From a bacterium (GTDB taxonomy: Bacteria; Hydrothermota; 32-111), in assembly GCA_046484245.1 (NCBI GenBank), contig JAWOBN010000007.1, positions 1 through 16,215 on the forward strand: a stretch of 16,215 bases of DNA, read 5' to 3'. Below, piece after piece: positions 1 through 6,787 of the stretch (positions are counted from its first letter, which is position 1; every line of letters starts with the position of its first letter). Under the pieces are notes generated by a model. That model worked only from the letters and a program-made list of their open reading frames with translations, was not told the DNA's origin and searched no databases. Position numbers and translations under genes: made by a program.

Positions 1-58
1 GTTGAGGGCGTCCAGGGTGGCACGGACCACGGCCCGCTCCACCCTGGACGCCCTCAAC
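1..58. repeat. Perfect 20-bp inverted repeat (1-20 / 39-58) inside a GC-rich terminal segment
   Basis: gttgagggcgtccagggtgg at 1-20 is the exact reverse complement of ccaccctggacgccctcaac at 39-58, with an 18-nt spacer. Confidence 0.9.
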
Positions 59-838
59 CGTCGGATCGCGCCCCTGCTGACCGCCGTGGGTGCAGCCGAG
101 GATTATCATAATGGATGCAATGATTAGATTGACAGTGGAAAAGATGAATATGCCCGATACCTGGAGTGCAATGAATGCAAATACAGGCAGGACTATTATC
201 AGTGACAGATTCTGGGCTGATTTGGCATCCTTTGCCCTGGAAGAGGCAATAATGCCCAATAGGAAGGCGAATATGGCAAAACCCGGAACAAGTATTAAGA
301 ATGCAAAAAGCAGATAATTCACAGGGAGGAGTGAAAGTATGTGAGCTTTATCAATGAAGGTAAATGCATAGAAGAAAACACCGAGAAAGAAATAGGAGCA
401 TATCATTGCCGGAATGAATTCGGCAAGTATCTTCCCCAATATCAGTTCACCTGTTCTGACAGGGGTTGAGAGAAGGGGTTCAAGGGTACCATTGGTCTTT
501 TCTTCAACAATACTGAATGTAATAAGACCATTCATTATCATCACAGGTATCAGAAGCAGATAAACCGGTGTCTGAAAGAGCAATATGAATAGAATTGCAT
601 CCGAATCACTGAATTGCATCAATAAGGGGAATTGCTCAGCATAATGCTGAATACTGTTGAGAAAAAAAGAAGTTTCCATGATCTTGTCAGCAGCAAATCG
701 CGGAATCAGCACTATTACGGCAAATGTCTGCGCAATGATAAGAAGAGGCAGAACTGTGAGGAACATTGTTGAGGTCACATCTGAGAAAATTGTCTTCCAC
801 TCTTTTCTCACAACATTTCTAATCCTATTTTTGCTCAT
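1..838 (-). CDS. ABC-2 type exporter permease, 3'-incomplete (native sequence appears to end near position 97)
   Basis: Absent from the ORF track because it has no stop in the window; translated by hand. ATG at 838 with GGAG at 848-845: MSKNRIRNVVRKEWKTIFSD...SIVEEKTNGTLEPLLSTPVRTGELILGK...SSRAKDAKSAQN. It has several hydrophobic segments and overlaps the ATPase 3' end by 14 nt. Confidence 0.85.
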   Translation of the reverse strand, partial: MSKNRIRNVVRKEWKTIFSDVTSTMFLTVLPLLIIAQTFAVIVLIPRFAADKIMETSFFLNSIQHYAEQFPLLMQFSDSDAILFILLFQTPVYLLLIPVMIMNGLITFSIVEEKTNGTLEPLLSTPVRTGELILGKILAEFIPAMICSYFFLGVFFYAFTFIDKAHILSLLPVNYLLFAFLILVPGFAIFAFLLGIIASSRAKDAKSAQNLSLIIVLPVFAFIALQVSGIFIFSTVNLIIASIMIILGCTHGGQQGRDPTVEGVQGGAGRGPCHPGRPQ

Positions 839-1742
839 CAATTTCTCCAATGATACTGAGATATATATCCTCCATATCCTTCTCTATCTGATATATGGAA
901 TTGAGTTTACCATTATTGCTGACAATTATGCTGCTTATCCCGGATTTATCCGGTGATTGACCACTGTAGTGAATGATAATTCTGTCTTTGGTTGTCTCAA
1001 CATCATCAACATTCTCCAGTGAATTGATCTCTTCAATCATACTGTCTGAAATATTACTGCATTCTGCAATAATGGAACTTTCAAATCTTGCACGGATATT
1101 GCCCAGTGAGTCAATTGTTTTCAGTGTTGTATTGAAGAATGCAACCCTGTCTGAGAGCTGCTCAGCCTCACTGAGATTGTGAGTGGAAAGGAGAATTGTC
1201 CTGTTGTCATCCTTCAATTCTTCTATCAGTGAGCGTATATCCCTTGCTGACTGGGGGTCCAGGCCTGCTGTAGGTTCATCCAGCAGGAGTATGTCCGGTT
1301 CATGTGCCAATGCCCTTGCAATTGCCAGCCGTTGTTTCATGCCTTTTGAGTATGTGCCCACAGCATCATCTTTTCTATTATAGAGTCCGACCCTTTTCAG
1401 ATATTTTTCCACCAATTGTCCGGAATCGGGTTTTTCATAGAAATTGATGAAATATAAAAGATTGTATTCCCCTGAAAACCGTTCATAGAAACCCGGTGAT
1501 TCTGTGAGCAGACCAATTTTGCTCCTGACTGCATCAGAATTTTTCTCCAGGTCTGTATTGTCAATCATTATACTTCCGCTTGAAGGGGCAATGATTGCAG
1601 AGAGCATTCTCATTGTTGTGGTCTTGCCTGCACCATTTGGACCGAGCAGGGAGACAATCTCTCCCCTTTGAATATCCATTGTCAGATCATCCACTGCTTT
1701 CAGGTGGCCAAAATGTTTTGATAGATTCTGTATCTTTATCAT
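825..1742 (-). CDS. ABC transporter ATP-binding protein (ABC-2 / multidrug-exporter type)
   Basis: Walker A GPNGAGKT, signature YSKGMKQR, Walker B LLLDEPT, H-loop STHNL. Confidence 0.95.
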   Translation of the reverse strand: MIKIQNLSKHFGHLKAVDDLTMDIQRGEIVSLLGPNGAGKTTTMRMLSAIIAPSSGSIMIDNTDLEKNSDAVRSKIGLLTESPGFYERFSGEYNLLYFINFYEKPDSGQLVEKYLKRVGLYNRKDDAVGTYSKGMKQRLAIARALAHEPDILLLDEPTAGLDPQSARDIRSLIEELKDDNRTILLSTHNLSEAEQLSDRVAFFNTTLKTIDSLGNIRARFESSIIAECSNISDSMIEEINSLENVDDVETTKDRIIIHYSGQSPDKSGISSIIVSNNGKLNSIYQIEKDMEDIYLSIIGEIDEQK

Positions 1743-1748
1743 GATGAA

Positions 1749-1776
1749 ATTATAATTTATAGCATAAAAAAGTCAA
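1749..1776 (-). promoter_or_regulatory. Sigma70-type promoter for the ABC operon
   Basis: Minus-strand TTGACT (1776-1771), 16-nt spacer, TATAAT (1754-1749). Confidence 0.65.
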
Positions 1777-1802
1777 TCGAGATATTATTTAGACATATTG
1801 CA

Positions 1803-1830
1803 TTGATTGGAAATTAATTTATGTTAAAAT
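1803..1830 (+). promoter_or_regulatory. Putative promoter for the R-M operon
   Basis: TTGATT (1803-1808), 16-nt spacer ending TGn, TAAAAT (1825-1830); GAGGA RBS at 1839-1843. The region is AT-rich, so a chance match is possible. Confidence 0.4.
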
Positions 1831-1847
1831 AAATAATAGAGGATATA

Positions 1848-2573
1848 ATGAATAAAAAAGAGATAGAAAAAATATATCAAAAACTGAAACGATATCATAA
1901 AAAATATTTGTTACAATACAATGTGCGAATACCAAGATTGAAAATTGAAAATAATTATACAAAGAATGCATTATGTCTTATTTATTTAGCAAGAGATTAT
2001 CCCAATACTCATGTTGTTTCAAAGAAAGAATTGACTGAGTTTATCAGAGAATTTTATCCAAACACAAACGATGTGCAGCAAGGCAGGCATTTGGCTGCTC
2101 AGCAAGGATGGTTTATTGAATCAGGACAAAGGGGAGACATTGACACTAAACTTTCTTCCGGGGAATATAGATTGATAACTCTTAAATGTCCATATCCTAA
2201 CTTTAGGTATTATAAAGATAAAAATAGAAACAATGATATGGAAAAGGTAGATAAAGATGAATGGGAAAGCATTAAGAAAAAGTACAATTATAGATGTGCA
2301 ACTTGCGGATCTAAAGAGGGGAAACCTAATTTAAAGTATTCTAATTCAATTACTAAATTACAAAAAGGTCATAAAGATCCCAACAAATCATTAACAATAA
2401 ATAATATTATTCCTCAGTGTTCTGAGTGCAATAGGGCAGATAAAAATAATTGGATATATAATGATAAAGGAAGAGTCATAAAGATTTCTAATCCACGAGT
2501 TGTTTTGCGATCAAGCAAGAAAGTAAAAAAGGAAATATTTGAATTGCTAAAAAGGGAATTAGATGAAAAATAA
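1848..2573 (+). CDS. HNH (beta-beta-alpha-Me) endonuclease, probable type II restriction endonuclease
   Basis: C-terminal RCATCG...KLQKGHKDP...NNIIPQCSECNR gives CxxC/CxxC zinc ligands with HNH His/Asn. It overlaps a DNA methyltransferase gene by 11 nt and is AT-rich. Confidence 0.8.
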   Translation: MNKKEIEKIYQKLKRYHKKYLLQYNVRIPRLKIENNYTKNALCLIYLARDYPNTHVVSKKELTEFIREFYPNTNDVQQGRHLAAQQGWFIESGQRGDIDTKLSSGEYRLITLKCPYPNFRYYKDKNRNNDMEKVDKDEWESIKKKYNYRCATCGSKEGKPNLKYSNSITKLQKGHKDPNKSLTINNIIPQCSECNRADKNNWIYNDKGRVIKISNPRVVLRSSKKVKKEIFELLKRELDEK

Positions 2574-3516
2574 TAAATTTATTAATCAAATCATCAAGGG
2601 GGATATAAAGAAAGAAATTCAATTAATTGAGGACAAAAGTGTTGATGTAATAATAACAGATCCGCCTTATTTTTTAGATAAATTAGATAATAACTGGGAT
2701 AATAAAAAGGTTAATTCTAAAGCAAATCAACAGGTTGTTAAATCATTACCGGCCGGAATGAGATTTGATAGTAAACAAGGAAGGAAATTCTATAAGTGGT
2801 TCTTTAAATTATCAAAGGAATTTTACAGAGTACTAAAGCCTGGAGGTTTCTTCTTTTCATTTTCAAGTCCCCGATTATACCACAGATTGGTTTCTGCAGT
2901 TGATGATAATGGATTTTTAATAAAGGATGCATTTGCTTGGATATACATTAAAAATCAGCCCAAAGCAATGAGTTTGAATCATTTCATTGACAAAATGGAT
3001 ATTGATGATGAGGAGAAAGATAAATTAAAAGAGAAACTTGACGGATGGAAAACTCCACAAATAAAATCATGCTTCGAGCCAATAATGATGGCACAAAAAC
3101 CTTACAATAGAACATATCTGGACAATATGATTAAAAATAATGTGGGATTATTTAATACAGAGGTTAAAGTGGGTAATAATAAATTCCCGGCCAATTTATT
3201 AATTGTAGAACATATTAATGAGATAATGGATAATTATTTTTTGATTGATAAACCTAATAGTAAGGAGAAGGGAAAGTTCAATAATCATCTAACAGTTAAA
3301 CCAAAGGAGTTGATTAAACATTTAATTAGGTTATCTACTTTTGATGAAAAAGCTGTTGTATTGGATCCTTTCATGGGAAGTGGTACTACTGCAGTAGCAG
3401 CAGTTGAAGAAAATAGGAAATATATAGGAATAGAAATAAACGAAGAATACATAGAAATAGCAAAAAAAAGGATAGATGAAATAAGATCAAAACAAGAATT
3501 ACCTCTTTTCTCTTAA
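2563..3516 (+). CDS. Site-specific DNA amino-methyltransferase (N6-A/N4-C, beta class)
   Basis: Motif IV ITDPPY near the N-terminus, HLTVKP, and motif I VLDPFMGSGTT plus IGIEINEEY near the C-terminus; this is the beta-class motif order. Confidence 0.95.
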   Translation: MKNNKFINQIIKGDIKKEIQLIEDKSVDVIITDPPYFLDKLDNNWDNKKVNSKANQQVVKSLPAGMRFDSKQGRKFYKWFFKLSKEFYRVLKPGGFFFSFSSPRLYHRLVSAVDDNGFLIKDAFAWIYIKNQPKAMSLNHFIDKMDIDDEEKDKLKEKLDGWKTPQIKSCFEPIMMAQKPYNRTYLDNMIKNNVGLFNTEVKVGNNKFPANLLIVEHINEIMDNYFLIDKPNSKEKGKFNNHLTVKPKELIKHLIRLSTFDEKAVVLDPFMGSGTTAVAAVEENRKYIGIEINEEYIEIAKKRIDEIRSKQELPLFS

Positions 3517-3524
3517 CAATACTG

Positions 3525-3553
3525 TTGACAATTTCTCATTTATAATATATTAA
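3525..3553 (+). promoter_or_regulatory. Putative promoter upstream of the cobalamin riboswitch
   Basis: Perfect TTGACA at 3525-3530 followed by an AT-only block (tataatatattaat). TATTAA lies at 17-nt spacing; the exact -10 is ambiguous. Confidence 0.5.
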
Positions 3554-3561
3554 TATGTCTG

Positions 3562-3703
3562 TCAGGTGTTCTCGTAACAGGGAAGTGAAAGGGAAAACGG
3601 TGAGAATCCGTTGCTGTCCCGCAACTGTAAGCAGTTAGGATGCTTAATGCCACCGCAAGGGAAGGCTGTATCCGCGATTCTGTGAGCCAGGAAACCTGCC
3701 TGA
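3562..3703 (+). ncRNA. Cobalamin (B12) riboswitch
   Basis: Canonical core: tcaggtg...aaagggaaaacggtgagaatccg ttgctgtcccgcaactgtaa...gccac...gggaaggc...gagccaggaaacctgcctga (B12 box). It lies directly upstream of a TonB-dependent receptor. A ggacc/ggtcc hairpin at 3709-3727 sits in the expression platform. Confidence 0.95.
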
Positions 3704-3746
3704 AGAATGGACCGCGCGGACGGGTCCGAACCATAAGGAACGGATT

Positions 3747-5666
3747 ATGCGAAGATTTATTTTATTATCACTTGTACTTCTCCCCATTTTTATCCTGTCA
3801 TCTGTTGTATATGTCTATGACAGTGACACAGGTGAATCACTCAGTATAGTGAAGATTGAGGAGAATGGCATTACACGCCAGGTCCTCACACCGTTTTCTG
3901 CAGATTCTGACAGTATTACAGTGGGCCTTGTCGGTTACAGGGACACTATTGTTTTACTGACAGCAGACACTATCCATATTGCCCTTTCCCCTGTCTCATT
4001 CATTGAGGATACAATTACTGTCAGCGGAAGGAAATTCACACCGGACAGACAGACCACAGATGCAGGCAGTGACCCTGAAAGTGCACTGAGGGGACTCTCG
4101 TATATGCTTGATGTCAGAAAATACTCCAATACACTCTCCCTTTCAATGGACGGTTCCACTGCAGAGCAGACAGGAATTACACTCAATGGCTTTGACATTG
4201 TCAATCCCGGAACAGGCACAATTGACCCGGAGCTTGTACCGATTATTCAGTCAGAGTCCGTCAGTATTACCCGCAATGCAGCTCACAAGAGTATTACAGG
4301 CAGATTCAGGGGCAGTGTGGATATTACAATGCCTCGGGGGAATAATGGCCTCTATCTTGAAGCGGGGAGGCATATTACAGCAGGCGGATTTGCGGGAGTA
4401 AGTGGGCTGGCATCCGGATTTATCTACTCTGCAAGAAAGGATATGATTCTGCCTGACGGCAGTATTCTGGACAATTCATACTCAAGGTCAATGAAGACAT
4501 ATTTTAGATTTGAGAAGAGCGGTTTCAATATGCTCTACCTTTCATCACGCAAGAGAGCCGGTGATCCGGGGCCTGCCGGTTCCGGTTTTCTCAATGCATA
4601 TACAGTCCAGGGTCTCAAACACCTTCAGATAAGCAGTATGCTTGAAAGTGTGTCCGTGAAATTCGCATTGAATGATCATTTTCTCCATTACAGCAATCCT
4701 GAGATAGGAGAAGGGATTGACAGCCGGTCCCATGCAGGCAATATGTACATATCTGCTTCACGCAGAACATATCTGGGTACTCTCGGACTCAGTGTAATAC
4801 ATGATTATATTGACAGTGATAATACCTCCAGCCGCAGCAGATTCAGAGGTGGAGGCAGCTGGGAGTATGAAAAGGGCCAGTGGCAACTGTCTGTCAATGC
4901 CGGTATTCCCCATACAGTAAGGGCCAATATAATGAGAGAGACACACTCGGGCAGTATAATGAAGCAGAGAGGCATATCATTCTATATGAGGGAACCGACA
5001 TTCAATGAACTGTACTGGACAGGCGACCCCTATGCATCAGGCAATCCGGAGCTCAGCAGTGAAAAGGTCTCATCAATATACTGCAATATCCTGCATTCAA
5101 AAGCCGGCAGGCTCATTGCATTGGAATCAGGCCTGGATATTGCCTTTGACCTTATCAATTGGGAGAATGTCAGGGGCATATACAGACCTGTGAATAATCA
5201 GAGGGTGATAAGACCCAGGGCAGGACTGATATTCAGTGACAGATGGCAGATATTCTCAGTGGATTCATATCTTCGGTTCAAACCATCAATCATGGATAAT
5301 GTCAGTGATTACAGTGAGTTTTTCAGTGACATTCTGGACGAAGAGGCAGGGCATATATCCAATTACTACTCCATACTGCCCTATGACCCTGCAGTCAAAT
5401 CCGGTCTGGATATTGGAGCGGATATTGGTCATTTCTCCCTCTATACAGGCGCACGTATGGAATCAAGGAGATTTATCAATGATTATAATACAAAATACAT
5501 AGACGGATTTATACGGATTATTGAAACCGGTGTGAGGTTCTCGTATGAACAAATGGAGGCGGCTGTTGCAGTGAGTAACCCGCTCAACAGGCAATATGAG
5601 GATATCAGGGGATATCCGCGCGAAGGCAGAACAATTAAAATCACATTAATACTGGAGGATTTATGA
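3747..5666 (+). CDS. TonB-dependent outer-membrane receptor, BtuB-like (cobalamin uptake), divergent
   Basis: Signal peptide; plug-like SMDGSTAEQTGITLNG...GTIDPELVP; REPTFNELYW...GNPELSSE; terminal NPLNRQYEDIRGYPREGR typical of TonB-dependent barrels. The substrate is inferred from the riboswitch. Confidence 0.8.
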   Translation: MRRFILLSLVLLPIFILSSVVYVYDSDTGESLSIVKIEENGITRQVLTPFSADSDSITVGLVGYRDTIVLLTADTIHIALSPVSFIEDTITVSGRKFTPDRQTTDAGSDPESALRGLSYMLDVRKYSNTLSLSMDGSTAEQTGITLNGFDIVNPGTGTIDPELVPIIQSESVSITRNAAHKSITGRFRGSVDITMPRGNNGLYLEAGRHITAGGFAGVSGLASGFIYSARKDMILPDGSILDNSYSRSMKTYFRFEKSGFNMLYLSSRKRAGDPGPAGSGFLNAYTVQGLKHLQISSMLESVSVKFALNDHFLHYSNPEIGEGIDSRSHAGNMYISASRRTYLGTLGLSVIHDYIDSDNTSSRSRFRGGGSWEYEKGQWQLSVNAGIPHTVRANIMRETHSGSIMKQRGISFYMREPTFNELYWTGDPYASGNPELSSEKVSSIYCNILHSKAGRLIALESGLDIAFDLINWENVRGIYRPVNNQRVIRPRAGLIFSDRWQIFSVDSYLRFKPSIMDNVSDYSEFFSDILDEEAGHISNYYSILPYDPAVKSGLDIGADIGHFSLYTGARMESRRFINDYNTKYIDGFIRIIETGVRFSYEQMEAAVAVSNPLNRQYEDIRGYPREGRTIKITLILEDL

Positions 5667-6643
5667 AACGTATTTTCATCATTTTACTTATTACAGTGCT
5701 ATTCTCTTCATGCTCTCTTCTCTATCAGCTGATTTCAAAAGCACCTGTGGACGGCAACATATATGTCATGGACTGGGAGAAGGAAGCTGTTTATAAACTG
5801 GATTCACTGTACAATACCGAGCTGTTCTTCAATACAGGCGCAGCACCGTCTGATCTTATTATTGAAGGGGACGAGTTTATTGTAAGCAATTCAGGGCTCG
5901 GCGGCACACCATCCATTGATATATATACAATGGAAGGGACCAAGAAAGAATCATTCATTCCAGCCGATAATTCATCACCTGCCGGTCTTTTTGCTGACGG
6001 GGAACATATCTATGCAGCACTCTGGGGCAGCTCTGAGGTTATTGTCCTTGACAGGGAGACCTTGGATGAAGTGAAGAGACTGGATGTCCCGTCCGCTTAC
6101 TCCGTGTTTCTCATGGAAGGCAAATTGTATGTAGGAACCTCAACATATTCCGGAGACCCATCTAAGTATATATATACTTTTGATATTGAAAATTGGGATA
6201 GGGATTCAATTGAGACAGGTAATAATCCTGCGTTTCTTGGATCAGACGGAGGCAGGATTTTTGTATCTTGTCAAGGGAATGCCGCATCTCTAACTACAGG
6301 CAGTATTCATCGTATTGAAAACGGAGAGATTGTTAAAAGCCGTGAATTTGATTCATTCCCGGGCAGGATTGAATGTTCGGATGAAGGTCTGCTCTTTGTA
6401 ACTAATGCATTCTACAGTGACACTGTTTTAGAGTCCAATGTTATTGCATTGGACGGTGAAGATCTTTCAATAGAATCTACATACGACATGCCCTCTGCAT
6501 CGGACAGTGAACAGTATAATAACAAAATAATTGTAGGGACAAATTCGGGTGAAATCTATGTCATTGAATTATCAGCACTTACAGAATTCATTTCCCCGGA
6601 CACGGACATGAACCTGAAAACAGGCAAGATAGTGGTAAAATAG
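5663..6643 (+). CDS. Beta-propeller lipoprotein, YncE/BtuG-like (probable cobalamin-binding)
   Basis: Lipobox LFSSC; repeated blade-like units (TGAAPSDLIIEGDEFIVSNSG, TGNNPAFLGSDGGRIFVSCQG); ATGA overlap with the receptor gene and GGAGG RBS. Confidence 0.7.
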   Translation: MKRIFIILLITVLFSSCSLLYQLISKAPVDGNIYVMDWEKEAVYKLDSLYNTELFFNTGAAPSDLIIEGDEFIVSNSGLGGTPSIDIYTMEGTKKESFIPADNSSPAGLFADGEHIYAALWGSSEVIVLDRETLDEVKRLDVPSAYSVFLMEGKLYVGTSTYSGDPSKYIYTFDIENWDRDSIETGNNPAFLGSDGGRIFVSCQGNAASLTTGSIHRIENGEIVKSREFDSFPGRIECSDEGLLFVTNAFYSDTVLESNVIALDGEDLSIESTYDMPSASDSEQYNNKIIVGTNSGEIYVIELSALTEFISPDTDMNLKTGKIVVK

Positions 6644-6666
6644 CAAAATGCCATAAATGCCCATAA

Positions 6667-6714
6667 ATACAATATGTTGTGGATTTTTTGAAATAAATCT
6701 ACAAAATATAGTGC
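6667..6714. promoter_or_regulatory. Tandem NrdR boxes
   Basis: ataCaAtATgTtGtgg (6667-6682) and ctaCaAaATaTaGtgc (6699-6714) match the consensus acaCwAtATaTwGtgt. They start 32 bp apart and lie upstream of nrdD. Confidence 0.85.
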
Positions 6715-6744
6715 CCCGGCAGTTGACAGGGGCACTTTTTTTTT
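6710..6744 (+). terminator. Intrinsic terminator of the btuB/btuG-like operon
   Basis: Stem agtgcccc (6710-6717) / ggggcact (6729-6736), 11-nt loop, T9 run at 6736-6744. Confidence 0.8.
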
Positions 6745-6751
6745 ATAAGAT
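6723..6751 (+). promoter_or_regulatory. Sigma70-type promoter for nrdD
   Basis: TTGACA (6723-6728), 17-nt spacer, TAAGAT (6746-6751); GGAGG RBS at 6779-6783 before GTG 6788. Confidence 0.7.
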
Positions 6752-6787
6752 AATGGGAAATTAAATTTCAGAAATTCAGGAGGGCGA

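Noticed and set aside
90..1383. Plus-strand ORFs at 90, 657, 973 and 1183
   Set aside because: They are antisense shadows of the ABC permease and ATPase genes.
3462..3469. A8 tract in the methyltransferase as a phase-variation switch
   Set aside because: It is short, in frame, near the 3' end and expected in AT-rich Lys codons.
3540..3849. ORFs 3540-3734 (-) and 3640-3849 (+) as leader peptides
   Set aside because: They overlap the cobalamin riboswitch and the receptor start and are not protein-like; the RNA element explains the sequence.
6651..6668. ccataaat direct repeat after the lipoprotein gene
   Set aside because: It is only 8 bp in an AT-rich intergenic region and adds nothing beyond the NrdR boxes.
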